A stretch of DNA of 63,983 nucleotides, the filler included, from Octopus bimaculoides (lineage: Eukaryota), in NCBI RefSeq assembly GCF_001194135.2. It is 5 parts of 5 records of this genome, joined end to end, with 100 filler letters (N's around TTAATTAATTAA, not from the genome) between each part and the next. Parts side by side here need not be neighbours in the genome. Positions count along the whole stretch, not along the records: positions 33,503 to 56,461 come from NC_068982.1; 4 more parts are not named here. One strand, given 5' to 3'. Made by a program: the position numbers and the translations under genes. Shown in pieces: positions 39,785 through 53,279 of the stretch. Positions within the stretch are counted from its first letter, which is position 1. Each line of letters begins with the position of its first letter. The notes beneath the pieces were generated by a model that saw only the letters and a list, made by a program, of their open reading frames with translations, ran no database searches and was not told where the DNA came from.

Positions 39785-41999
39785 TTACATCGTAATAATA
39801 GAACCCATAACCTGTTCCAATAGTGATTATTTACATTCACTCGAATTATCCACTTATGAGATCTGTCAAGAAGGTCTCTTTAACAATGTTTTATAGTTTT
39901 ATAGTGACATTTCATACTTGTTTATTAGTTTATATTCATCTCTTTCAAGCATGCATATATATATATTTGTTTGGTCATCTTCGCCTGGACATAGGTACGT
40001 GTATACGAGTGATACACATGCATTTGTATATAGACATAGGCATACACACAGGCGCGCACACACACACGCAGATAGATATGTGTGTGTGTGAACTTCAGAT
40101 ATCCAAGGCATAAGACCAGAAGGAGAAATTGTGACATATGATCTACACATATAAATAATGAACATCTGATTGGAGAACGTCTATCAATTAAACGTCCATC
40201 TATTAAAATGCTATTAGCAGTTCTTGGGACTGTGGTACTTGCATCATGTGCAAATAAATTCTGTTTAAAACACTTTAAATTCGAGAAGAAAGTGTTCGCC
40301 AAGATCACTTGTTTCACGTACAAACCATATTCTGCAAAAGCAATCACGCCAAGTCAGTGTTGCAAATACACGATCAATATTGATGAAATTCCTCGAGTTT
40401 TACAGAAGTGCGTCTGTGTTGTATTGATTATAGTCAAATATATTGCAGGGTTGATTACAACATATGCTATACATTAAAAGCATTGCGCTCCAGTTCATAT
40501 TTTACATCACTATGAACTTCAACCAACTAAATATATGGAAACACCGAGTTCTTTGAGACTTATCAACGTTTTAGGCAAAGCTGCATTTTATCAACTTTCT
40601 TTTAAAATTGTATGCTGAAATCATACTTAGAATATCAAATTATTTGAAATTGCAATGAATACTGTCGAATGAAATCTCCAATTGTCTAATATTTAAATGT
40701 TATATCTGAAACCAAAAATGATGATATAGGGTGCAACGAAAATACTGGTCTTTTCAAGAAAGTAAAAATGTTGACAACTTATCAAATAAACAATTTTTTC
40801 TATTGAATGATAACAAGTGGGACTGATTCTTTCAATTATGCCCACTTCTTACAGTTGCAGAGTGCTTTACAAGCGAGATAAATAAAAAAAAGAACCACCA
40901 ATGCGGCGGCTAAAGTAAGCTAACAAAATTGCTTATGGAAGACTGAGATAATTAAAATCAGATATGAGAGAGGTTTTCATAGCGCCATGCATAGAGGATG
41001 GCGTTTAAACATAACACTTTTATTTCCAACTAAAATACATTGTTTATACTTTCCAAATAACTACAGCCTTTTCCAGATGCGATCTAATTAAGAGATAATT
41101 TCATTGTCGCAGAATCAGAAAATATTAAAAAACTAGACTTAAAACTTGAAGATCCAAATAGTTCTGCATATGCGTTATAGATGTATTGATAGAAGAGTTT
41201 AAAGTGTCTAAATAAAATATTTTCCCTGGTTCTTTGAGAACTAAAGTTTCAACGTTATTACTTGTATGTATAATAAGTTAATGGTTGACACCAATTCTTA
41301 ATGACACATTAAAACTTCAGAATCTGTGCCCTATTTTAGTTAATACTATCGTATAATCTTCAAATATGATATATCAGTTACTGCAGTTAAACAAACTAAC
41401 TTTCTCAACGGTACATAGTTTTGTGATATCTAAAAATAAAGTTTTAAGTGACAATGGTATTATTGGTATTTGTCCCTCCGTTTGGTTATAGGAATGTAAT
41501 TTTGGTGTGCATTTTAAGTTGTCAGAATGTTAGCCTGCGAGTGACAGCGATCTTTCGCTATGTTTAAGATCTGACAATTAGGTTTGTTTTACACGGGTAG
41601 TGTGCAGTTTCTTGAAATAATAAACGACAGCTATGAGAACTACCATTTGGAATATTTTAGTAGATAGTATGCGTCTCTGTAGCTATTTCTATTTTTAGTA
41701 TAAATCCAGTTATGATTTACTTTAAACTTGCGTCTAGGGGCTTCAGTCCTGCCAGTAATGTTTATGTATATGAATGCATTTTTCCATAACGTTGCAATGG
41801 TGACAGGATTAAGCTACGACTGCAATCTGTATCAGCATGAGAATTACAAGTGAGTGAGTGTCTTTCAGTTTAGCGTCACTAGCATAATACCAATTATTTA
41901 CCTTTCAACGCAGTTTTCTCATTAGTGTCTTTATTACCTACATAGGCAAAATGAGATTATTTACCCAGAAATTGTGTACATGCCAACTCGGGTTAATGT

Positions 42000-43830
42000 G
42001 GTCTTATCAGCGGATAATTCTTTGAAGCTCATTAGCTGCACATATAATTAGTGGCAACAGTATCATAGATCTGTTTTTCTCTTGATGGCACGCATAGCCT
42101 GTGTAGTTTCTCCCGGAGGAAGAGCTGAAAATGACGAAGAGTGTATTAGTGAAGGTTTTATTAAGGATACTTCATAAGATGATGGGTGAATAGTTTTCAT
42201 AGTCTCCAGATAACGCAGAGAGTTGATGTTTTCCCATTTCCATGCAGCTGAAGAAGTGGTAATGTGTAACTCTTACCTTGAAATCATTGGCTGCCATATC
42301 CCTTTCATATTTCGTGATACCATTGGACAGTGTTAGGAAAACTCTATAATTCACAGTCTTTGAGATGTGTAATTTACCATGTAAGCAAATGGCGAATTGA
42401 ATTTTCAGGAATTACAGGCTGGGTTTCTGATGGACATTTTTACCACTGCATTTTTGTTCGACTTGCAATGTTCTCTAAGCACGAATAGCTAACTTTAATG
42501 TTATAAGCTTGTAAAGACAACATGATAATTATAGATACGTGAGAAGTGCTGTCAAATTAGATGCAGAAATCTCCCAGATAAAGTATTAAGTTTTATGCTT
42601 CCATATCGAAATCTCTTCAGAAAGCTTCGAGAAAATTAGAACATCGATATCAGAATAATCTAGGAAGTCACTCATGTTTTATATGTATGCAACATAGTAA
42701 AAACGAAAGTGAACCCGCTGATTGGGCGTCGAGGATGCTACGTCCTCTAACTTCGTCAGGTTATTCATCCTGTGTATTCAAAAGAATGTGCACATCCCCA
42801 CGGCTCGATCGAGTATAGGGACGACGGCCAAGCAGTTTCAAACGATATGAACGATCACGCTATGTTAATTTTTAAGAAGTATCTTATAAATATCTTTAAA
42901 ACAATTCGGCCTGCATATAACTGTTGCTATCAATTTAACAACGATCAACTTACTGAGTAGACAACCAAAGGTAGAGTAACGATGAAAATGTTTATATCCA
43001 TAGGTATTCCAATGATCACCCAGCTGTAATTAGAAACCTAGTCAGAAGCAGCTGCAACAGAATCTTCAGACTATCGGCGGACAAAGAGAGATCTTCAACG
43101 GGGCCGCATTCCATTATAACACGGCACATAGTGGCTAAATCGATAAGTTAGTAAATTTAGAGGATCCACACGCCCCTGTAAACCCGAGGGGAGTTTGAAG
43201 AAGAAAGGCAGTTTAGTCGGATTTTTCATTCAATCGGGATATATAGGTACACTAGCATAGCTAGAAGCGTCCTCTCCCTAATTAGAAAGATTTTCCATAA
43301 GTATCGTACCATTGATAATGCCTATATCGTGAAGGTTATCAACTCATGCTTAACTAATATCGCTTCTAAGATCGTATACCACAAGAGGACAACAATGCAC
43401 AGACAGATTCCATCCCATACCCCAACTACCGCAATTCCCATTTGTCAATTAGATAGATTTTGCCACTTAAAAGCTGTTATCTATAGCGCTACTTCACACC
43501 ATCTAAGGGCATCACAAGTATCTAACATTAAATTATTCAAAGAATATTTTACACAGCGTATGCACTCCTCCGGGTATGAGAATTGGGAAAACTTTACCTC
43601 CAAGTCTAGCTTTATCCACACACTCCGAGACCAGGGAAACTACTTCCGTAACATCATATGCCCTCACTACTTATCTGCAGTTCGCAATTTTCACATTTGC
43701 CTCCGTGTAAAATTACATATATTACAACAGCATGCAAACCCATTAACAGAGAAACTGATGTGTAATATTGCTATCACCAAAGATTTACCCTGTTGTTCAA
43801 CTACAAACTATTACCCGTTGATACTCTGAA
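42000..43830 (+). mobile_element. Near full-length fossil Penelope-like element (RT + GIY-YIG)
   Basis: Collinear motifs: FYASIS, SRKSLMF, YRDDG (42814-42828), KKYLINIFK, YIHRYSNDHPAVIRNL, IFNGAAFHYN, TSIARSVLSLIRKIF, VKVINSCLTNIAS, CQLDRFCHLKAVIYSA, FTSKSSFIHTLRDQG, HICLRVKLHIL. Many stops and frameshifts before 43329; 5' limit uncertain. Confidence 0.85.
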
Positions 43831-44582
43831 AAGACTACCTTAACCTTGGTTGACCTATGACAATTGCTGGATAAACAATTCCAGGTTCCCCATGGTGATA
43901 TTATTTCCCTTCCACATGTTATGGTTGTGGCCTATCAGTGCCTAGTTAGAAATACATCACACTCACATCAATACATGACGTCCCTGTAAGTATGCAAACT
44001 GACACATCCAGAAAGGTTACTTCGATTCGACCTGACATCCTTGAATACTTGTTGTCACTGTTTTATAAGTCTATTCCCGTGACCTGAAATGACCAATGGA
44101 GATCACAATATGCACAATATGTTCTCATTTAAAAACCATCATTAATTTTCCATATATTGATCATGTAGTCGCTTACTATGGAACTCATAGTAACGTGGGG
44201 CTAGTTCAGCCTGATAATTAACATTATTAATCACCACTATTATGAGTTAAATACCTTTTCTTTTATTTGTCTACCTATCTGTATATGTATGTGGGTTTGT
44301 TTAGAATTGACAACGAGAATAACACTACGGAAGACTGAATGAAGCACAAAGTGTGATTATTACTTTGACTGTTGGTGACAAAGAAAGGAAATAGATGTAA
44401 CACTTACATTTTGAGAATATGCTCGAAGTTTAGAGAGCTACAATAACGAAAAGGAAGAAAAGTCTAATGGCGTTGTGTATCAGATCATGTATGCGTGTGT
44501 ATTTGTATACCCACACATGCGCCCTCACACATATACACAGAAACACATGCATGTATGTGTCAGTCGTTAGAGAAGTGTTCTC

Positions 44583-44650
44583 ACGTGGATAAGAGTTGTT
44601 TTGACTCTTATTTCTAGCAATGTTGGTGTTGACTAGCGTCCTCAGTCACT
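44583..44650 (-). ncRNA. Degenerate hammerhead-like motif, family D
   Basis: CTGAGGA...TAG(T)CAA/TTGCTA-GAA then an 8-bp helix III ATAAGAGT/ACTCTTAT, then C; stem I needs a 1-nt bulge and there are 3 extra nt before stem II. Confidence 0.4.
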
Positions 44651-44741
44651 TTAGTCACTATACTTGCGCCTTTCGGTTGTAAACTGCGAATAACCATCTT
44701 AATAATGTGTGTGTGCGTGCGTGCGTGCATGTTTGTGTGTG

Positions 44742-44790
<49 letters not shown>

Positions 44791-45254
44791 TGTGTCTATG
44801 TCTGTGTCTGTGTCTGTGTGAACACGTTATGTTTCTGCAGTTTTTCACTCACAAGGTAATTCTTTTTACCAGATGGTTCTTATCTAACCTAGATCACAAA
44901 CTGTTGATTAAAAGTAAACCAGGATGTTAATATGACTTAGGCTGTCGTTATTTATTTAGCTTGCATCAACTTGGTTTCACCTTCTAAGCTTTAACATATT
45001 CATTTAGTGCAAAACAGTTTTGAATCTTTCGATTTTGACTACATCTCTTATGATGCCAGATGTGTTTCAGTCATAAGACTGGAAGACTATTACAACTCCC
45101 TAGACTTTATTTCTAATCTAGATTTTGTTTTTAAAAAATATTTGAATCTGTGATGGGACAGAGGAAAAGGACTTCCTAGATCACGTTAAATTCTTTATGT
45201 TATGCCAAACTTTCAAAGGTACCAGCAGTAGATACGAATTGGTAAGATTAGAAA

Positions 45255-45590
45255 TTCTTTCTTCTGCCGAGGTTGACTTTGCCTTTCATCCTTCGGGGTT
45301 TGATAAAGTAAATATCAGTTGAGTACTGGGGTCGACGCAATCGACTTACTCCACCTCTGAAATTGCTGGCCTTGTGCAAAAATTTGAAATCAATATTAGA
45401 AATCGGTTGACAGAATCGTTAGCACGCCGGGCAAAATGCTTAACGGCATTTCGTCTATCTCTACGTTCTAAGTTCAAACTCCACGCTAGTCGACTTTGCC
45501 TTTCATACTTTCGGAGCACTGTGATCGATGTAATTCACTTAACACCACTCCCAAAATTTCTGGCCTTGTGAAAAATTTGAAACCAATGGA
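45255..45590 (+). mobile_element. Two tandem copies of the abundant SINE
   Basis: ttgcctttcatc...ctggccttgtg(c/a)aaaatttgaaa at 45265-45395 and 45405-45585. Confidence 0.85.
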
Positions 45591-46337
45591 TAAATCATTT
45601 TGGAAGTCAATAAATATCGTTCTAAAGTTAACGATCGAAATTAAATGTTTTAAACCTTTTTCAAAATTTTCTAGAAGTGGTTTGTGAGGCAACAGTTTAT
45701 AAGAATTAAGGTCATAAATATCTATTTACGTTTTCTTCTCAGGTTCTTGTCAAAGTCAAAAGGCCTCCAAGCATCATACTTTGATATTAGTATTTTTTTT
45801 TAAGGGAAATCCCCCAAAATATATGTAGCCGATTTCGTCAGAGCTCGGTAGGATTTCTATCCAAACTTTTCCAGGCATTTATATTTACTTTTATATTGCA
45901 TCTCATCATTCATTCAAACAAACAGCCTCTGGATTTCATTTCTTAAATATTATCAGTTTTTCTACTTTCAAAGAGAATATTTACTCTAATACCCCAACTA
46001 AATAATCGGTCAGTTCTTACTTTAAATAGATTTTCATAGCGTTGGTTTATTAACTTAAACAGGACATTAACAATTTTCCTGTCTTGTACATCACGTATGA
46101 TAGACAGGACATATTTACTTGGCGTCTATACGTCATATGTGATACACATTCCTAGTTTATCAACAACCAGATTAATTTGAGACTTACGAAGGGAAAGCTG
46201 TATGTTACTTACAACGTATAAAACAAGAGTTAACTAAAAGTATGAAAACAAGCATGGACGTTTAGGACAAACTTATGAAAATGCTTTGGACAATCATGAA
46301 GATTAGACTTCTGCAATGGTTTGTGTTACACTCTTTG

Positions 46338-46386
<49 letters not shown>

Positions 46387-46399
46387 CTGACCACTACAC

Positions 46400-46543
46400 A
46401 CATTTTTTCTCTCCTTGTTTCTCTCCTTGTTTCTTTCAGTGTTCCTTTCTGTTGAAGAGCATAGGCTCGAAACATTAAAGACTTTCTCTATTCCCGAGCG
46501 TTATACTAATACATTTGTTTGTTGTCTACACCACCTGTCTTCG
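46400..46543 (+). mobile_element. HHR-bearing repeat family A, copy 2
   Basis: Aligns with the reverse complement of 7441-7600. Confidence 0.8.
46445..46480 (+). ncRNA. Hammerhead-like motif, family A (U6 variant, helix III CpG-decayed)
   Basis: CTTT-CTGTTGA-A-GAGC(ATAG)GCTC-GAAA-CATT-AAAG. Confidence 0.5.
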
Positions 46544-46553
46544 NNNNNNNNNN

Positions 46554-46587
<34 letters not shown>

Positions 46588-48479
46588 TGTATATATAAAT
46601 ATGTATGTCTATATATATATATATAGATGATATATTTAAAACCACTTATATATTTATTCATCTATCTATACATATGTATTTTTATTTATTTCTCTATTTC
46701 TAATTAATAATCAATAGCTAAATATAGTCAGAAATATCAACCAAATACCTATCTACAAGGCATCAAAATTATTCTCATTTGAATTTCGTATGAGATACTT
46801 TGTTATTAATGAATAACATTGACATGGATGGCGCTCTAACAAAAACTTAACTTCTAATTCTTGCCTTAGTTTTTCAATAAATGATTCTCATAACATTTGA
46901 CGTGACTGGCAATACTAAAAATTTGTTAACATAAGGATTCCATCCCTTTCCGATCTAAACTCACACCCATTCAAGAAGTTCAAGTTAGTACTGCAAGCCA
47001 AAAAAAAAAAGATATTCCGTAACTTTTCAGTACTGTCACCTCTTTAAATAGAGGTATATCCGTCAGTTAGTAAACACATATGGATAAGTTGGCGAGCTAC
47101 AGAAAGTACCGTGCACTGGTGATAGTTTAACCCCACACTTAGTGACTTTCAGTTAGTTCATTTGTAACACACAGTAATTTTTTTTATATTTATAAATGAA
47201 TGAAAAATAAATTAGGTGAATGAATTATTGCAAAAACAAAAAAACAATCAAAATTGAATATGCATAACTATTCGCACAGTAATGATTTCCAATTAATTTC
47301 TGTTTTTGAGTAATCACTATGAATTAGATTCACTCTTTCACTATTTTATATCATTTTTTGTATTTAATGCTCTTGTGGAAATTTTTGAACAGCACACAAT
47401 CGTATTTCCTTTCGTTTATAAAACCAACTGTTTCCTACATTATTTATGAGTTCAGATTTGTTTGTTTAGTTTAAAAACAAAATGCTTCATTTTCGCTATT
47501 TTGGTTCACTTAGTTGTACTTATATAATTTGGTATCTAGCACTTTTACTGTTCTAATCAATATGAGCACTTTAAAAAGCATTCCGTTATCTTGCAGTACT
47601 GAGTTCGCATCTCAGAATGAAGAGAGCTTCGCATCCCAGCATGAGTAGAAGGAATTCCTTGGGAGAAAGAAATAAAGCATTCAGTTTTACCATTTTAAAT
47701 GTCTTTAAAATTTAAATTTTTTAATCTAAAGTATAATATCCTTTTCATTCTTTTTATCTTATGAAAGGAAATTTTTATAATAAAACTCTGTTTCCTTTCA
47801 AGTAATTTAAAGCCGTTTTTTTATATAACATTTGCTTAGAAATACTTGTAGATACCTCATACACTTCAATTACATATAAAGATTTATGAGTGTGTAAATG
47901 TGCGAGTGTAAATTTTGGAGTGTCTGTATGTTCGTAGGTATGAGAAGACTCTAAGCCGCCCACAAACAAATTACTAAGATATTTCTTTAGTCATGATTTT
48001 TAGAGTCACTTATAATGTAGCGCCATGCAACCAGCAATAAAACAAGCATCAAGCAACCACTTAGTTTGTTGAGAATTACAAAAACAAAGTAGAATAGAAC
48101 TAATGAGAAACTAAAATATATAAGACGATAAATGCAAAAGGAATTAAGATTATGCCTATGATTGAAAGAAGAATGAAAACAGCTCCATAAAAATGTTCGA
48201 AGAAAGTAAACTATTTGAGTAGAAACTCTTCTTACTAGGGGGGGGGGCTGTAACAGGCACAGAATGTGGTTAATAAACCTTAAGAGAATGAAAACGAGAT
48301 AATCGTTCGGAGAAACAACTCTCAGGGTATAGGACTATGTCAATGCGTTGATGTATTCATAAACGTAGGTATATGTGAGGATATATTTGCACTTATATAA
48401 TGAGAACATGTATGGTTATTTTTCTCAGTATGTTTGCGTCTACGCCATATATGCACGCTTCATTCAGTGAATGTCCTCA

Positions 48480-49800
48480 TTCTAGGTAGCTCACTGGAGA
48501 ATCTTTTCAATGTTTTCACAAATCTTTGCTGTAACAAATTTTTACTGTTATCAATCTGATGCTTAGGATGTGAGTCATTTTCTTTCGTTCTTTCTTCGAA
48601 AGTCCTAGAACTTTCAGGATGTTGTACAAATCTGTACTTGCATAGCAAAGCACAACTGTGATAATAGGTATAAATGAAAATCTAGAACCGGGTAGAAGAG
48701 CTCTATTTTATAAATAAGCTGACTTCTATGACACCGAATACTCTTTTCGTTGAAACGTTCGAAGAGTCTTCTGTATTTCTAACGCTATGGATACATTGTT
48801 TCTGATGAACTTATATGATCCTCAAAACAATCCTTTATCTGGATAGTATCAAAGTTTTGGCTCATGGAATGTGATATCTTGCTGATATTTTGGGGGAGCT
48901 ACCGATAATATGGGCCATATCTTCCGTATAGGCGTAACACAATCGATATTTTCTATCACAACAAACACGCATCGGAGCTTTTTCATGTCTTATTGCTGCG
49001 ATTTTCTGTTCCTGAATAACGAATACGCATTCCCAGGTGGGAGGTGATTAATCTAGCACAGATGCTAGGGAGATTCTTCTTCCTTCCAAAATTCGTGATA
49101 GCCTCTAACTTGCATAACTTCCTGCAGATATGATAAATGTATCGCCTCCCACTTTTGTTCTAAGATGATTCTGCTGCCCTTGGTTCTGATGGGCCAGTCA
49201 TATCTGTTCCATGTGTATCCGTTGACGTGTTATTCACCTAGTTTCCAGATGTTATCATATTCACTGATGACTGCACATATCTCTCTTGGCTATTCAGCAG
49301 ATGTTCACTAATCGACGCAATTTAGCCCTCAAAAGCCATCTGGATCATTGTTATGTCTCTACTTACATCCCCCGTTTAACATAGACCCTTTTAGTGATAG
49401 AGTTCACGTGAAAGTTACCAGTGATGGTTGAATGTTCCTAGACTTGATATTCAAGTTGCATATCTCTTCAATTTGTCCAGTCTATTATCCCAAATTGGTA
49501 CTGATAGTGGCACTGCAAAAGCATTCTATGGTATAATTTTATTGAATGCTAACAGCTTTGTCTTCCATACATTTCGAAGTCTCCCGAAGTTCTCGTCTGT
49601 CACTTTATCTTTGCACACAACGTCAACGTATGCAATATTTATATAAATTCCCTAATGCCACTTGCATCCGTCAACCATATTCCTTCGCTAGTCAAGAATC
49701 TTTTCTTGACTGACTACTATAAAGAAAAATGAACATTTATACTGATCAAATTCCATTTTTAAGACCCGTGAGAAAGTTGCGACCTACTCTGACTCAAGTA
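48480..49800 (-). mobile_element. R4/Dong-type LINE remnant (RT thumb to REL end)
   Basis: EICNLNIKSRNI, KRVYVKRG, VIQEQKIA, KYRLCYAYTEDMAHIIGSSPKISARYHIP (CCHC-derived), VIEVS, FVKTLKRF. Confidence 0.75.
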
Positions 49801-50219
49801 GTCTTGAATACTACCTGAAATCAGCATTAGTTCAAAGGTACGTATAACAATAATTTTTCTCCCTTCTGCATATCCTTGCGTATAACCTCAACAAGGCTGT
49901 ATGTATGTATGTATGTATGCATGCATGCTTATATGCACATATGCATGAATATATGCATATATGGATGCATGTCTGTATGTATGCATGTATGTATGCATGC
50001 ATGTATGTATGTATGTATGTATGTATGTATGTGTGTATGTATGTATGTTTGTATGTGTGTATTTATGTACATGTGGTATGTGGAATCAGTAACAGAAAAT
50101 GAGAACCGGGGAAGTGAGAAAAAGGAGTGTGACTGGCATCTGTGGAGAAGGAGTGAGTAGTAAAAGAGTGAAATAAAGAGAGAGTATGAGAGTGTATATG
50201 TGTTTGTATGCTGTGTGTG

Positions 50220-50269
<50 letters not shown>

Positions 50270-50942
50270 TTACGACGCGTTGAGTTGAAGACGTATCGTA
50301 TCACAGACCCAAATGGAAAGAGCAGACGACATATCGGGTAACCAAGAGCAGATGGGAAGAAATCAGAACTTTATTTTTTTCTCTATGTTTTTGTTGTTTT
50401 TTTTAATGTTAAGATATTAATATCTTTTTGATGCTTCTGACAAGCTTAACAAAGTTTACATTTTAATTAGAATTTAAGAAAAATTATTTTTAAACGACAG
50501 TCGTTAGGTGCGAGTAAGTTTGCGCATAAATTTAGTATGTGGATGTGTGCGAGGAAGGAAGGGGTATGTGGTATTAATAAGTGGATTTCTTACATTAAAA
50601 CATGAACACACAATCATAAAGAACGGATATATGTATTCGAATTGAATCGAGAAGTAAACATTGTTTAACATCTTAGCTCAGCTCGACGAATAATAATTAA
50701 TAGACAACTACATTGATTCTGTTTAGCTTTGAAACTAAATATATACAAACAAAACGAAATATTCGAAGCACCCGCCGCTGATTGAATTGTCCCATTAGGT
50801 GAGTCAATCTTCAGTTATCTTTTATGTTGTCACTCCTATCAGTGTTAATTCAATAAATTTTATTATATTTCATTGTAATGTTGAGATTTGTCAGTACTGG
50901 TAAGGTACATGTATGGATCAAAACAATTTGATTCAAATTCGT

Positions 50943-50983
50943 TGGTACTCTTGAGTTTCAAGCGCGAAGCTAATCGTCAGCCA
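50943..50983 (-). ncRNA. Minimal type I hammerhead-like motif, family E, intact core
   Basis: TGG-CTGACGA-TT-AGC(TTCGC)GCT-T-GAA-ACTC(AA)GAGT-A-CCA; GUA triplet. Confidence 0.65.
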
Positions 50984-50999
50984 TTTTGTAATTACAAAA

Positions 51000-51040
51000 C
51001 GGCTGACGACTAGCTTCGAGCTTGAAACTCAAGACTGCCA
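51000..51040 (+). ncRNA. Degenerate mirror copy of family E hammerhead
   Basis: CTGACGA at 51003-51009 and GAAA are intact, but helix III reads ACTC-AA-GACT followed by G17, so it is probably inactive. Confidence 0.45.
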
Positions 51041-51147
51041 ACGAATTTGAATTAAATTGTTTTGATCCATATGTGTGTGTATATGTATATNNNNNNNNNN
51101 NNNNNNNNNNNNNNNNNNNNNNNNNNNNNNNNNNNNNNNNNNNNNNN

Positions 51148-51188
<41 letters not shown>

Positions 51189-51859
51189 ATTTCTTAGCCC
51201 TCTCATTCTTTAACTCCCACTTTCCCGCCTCGTTTATCTCCCCTGTACCTTTCCTTTTGTGTCTTTGATATTTTTCTAATCCTTCAATCCCGCTACCATT
51301 TAATCCCTCTTTCCACATTCCACGTGACCCGTGTCCGGCCAGCCATGGTCTTTCGTTCCAGGCCTCACTGCCGACCGCCAACACTCCTTATATCCATCTC
51401 CTGTGTTCCTGCCTTTAGGCATTCACTTCATACACGCCAGCTAAATTTGATTCGTTCTCAGTCGAAAGACACCTATTGTTATATGCTTGTTGATTGTTTT
51501 TGTAATTGTGTACCTTGTTCTCAGTCTTTTGTCTTTGCTGCCGTACACATTCACTAGCCTTCTTACAAAATATCTAATGCTCTTAGATTAGACTTTTTGT
51601 GGTGTAACCAGATCGAACTGCCTCAAGTGTATCTGCCCGAAACAGTGAGGACATTTGGTAACTTGACTGAAGAAAGCAGACCACTGATGATCTGTCCTTT
51701 TTTCCCTGTCCTTCTAATTGTTGTTTTTCCTGTCCGCCTTTGTATCGTCTATCTGTCCGAATGTTTTATTGTCCTCTATTGCGTTTTTGTTCCATTTTTT
51801 AGTGACTTCGAAGTCTCGCTTTGTTCGCCGTCGTCAGATTGTCAGTACGTGAGCGTTCG

Positions 51860-51908
<49 letters not shown>

Positions 51909-52435
51909 CATTTATATTCATACATGTATACATATACATGTTTTTATAATTAATACATATATAAAACATCACTTGGTTTGTAAAATATATTTTATCTAAA
52001 TAATGAAATACACATGCGCAGGCATGTGTCACATACTGTACAATTAGTACACATCTATATATATTTATGTATAAGGGTGCGCGTGAAAGTTAACGAATAA
52101 CGAATAGACTGTATTGAATGCAAGGGAAATGCAATGCAAGGGAAATAGCAATTAAAGAAATCCCTGAAGAAGTTGCCTTCCCTTATCTGCGTATCTACAA
52201 ATTTTCAAGTTTCGTATAATCTTGTGTACTCTCGTGTAGTCCCATCCAAAATGGATGCGACAGCCAACGTTTTTAAATAGATGCTTCAAGAAGTTATTTC
52301 ACATGAAATAACTTCCATTGATAGCAGTATTAATATTTATCCACCAAATGCAGTACTGAGCAATCATTCTTACTGTTCTATACTACTGTATAGCTTGTTA
52401 TGTGTGTATGTGTGTGTGTGTATGCGTGTGTGTGT

Positions 52436-52436
<1 letters not shown>

Positions 52437-52507
<71 letters not shown>

Positions 52508-52508
52508 G

Positions 52509-52577
<69 letters not shown>
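52437..52577. repeat. (GATA)n microsatellite
   Basis: Directly visible. Confidence 0.95.
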
Positions 52578-52578
<1 letters not shown>

Positions 52579-53279
52579 TGGTTGGGGTGTGTGTGCATAT
52601 TTATATGGATAGTTGGTTTTGTGTCTGTATACTACCTTACTTGTTTGTTTATGCAGGATTGCATTCTCTAATATGTCCTTTCCTAATTCAAGATAAGTCG
52701 TTATATATTGAAGATAATTTGGCTGATATTTTTATCAGATCAAGCAACCACGTTGTGACTTTCCTTAATTGGTTGGAAGTAAATTTAGTTGTTTTATATC
52801 AAGTCGTATCTGAACAAAACAATGGTGAAAGGTTTTATCATTTTATATCACGAAATACATTTTTTAGTATAGCCTTTATTAAGACGATAGGGTGTGGCTT
52901 AAGAGATTTAGCTGCTATTTTCATTGGGTTACCACATTGATTATGTGTTAGATTTCTGTTCAGCAAAGTTGCCTAAAAACGGTTCTCTTTTGCTTACTCA
53001 TCCGCCGTCTTACGCTCTGAATCTCATATCCAGATTAAGTAGATGGCTAAACTAACAGGCGAGTCAGTTAAGATGGTGTGAGTTTTAATTTTTTTTTTTT
53101 TTTTTTTTAGTGAGTGTCATAGAAAACACAGTTTATTCTATCAATTCTATCAAGTACGCCTATATCAACTCGTTAACATCATCAGAATGCGATTCATTTT
53201 TTAATAATACCAACAAAAGATAGATTACACAACTCGACAGTTATTTTGATGCTGGGACGTTTTTATCTGCTTTGGAGAT

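Larger units (their letters stand above)
50912..51071. repeat. 160-bp spacerless palindrome made of two diverging HHR-family-E units
   Basis: 80-bp arms, 74/80 complementary, centre between 50991 and 50992. Confidence 0.95.

Noticed and set aside
40845-40920. Acceptor and donor pair as a small exon
   Set aside because: All three frames contain stops.
42030-42400. Minus-strand two-exon model (DMAANDFK|LFLREKLHRL) with GTAAG...TTTTCAG intron
   Set aside because: No recognisable product, upstream stop in frame, and the plus strand here is explained by the PLE fossil.
48560-48600. Similarity to the gagtcattct repeat family
   Set aside because: Short word match only; the region reads as the REL end of the Dong remnant.
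52640-52960. Possible minus-strand GIY-YIG remnant
   Set aside because: Only faint similarity with several stops; not supportable by eye.
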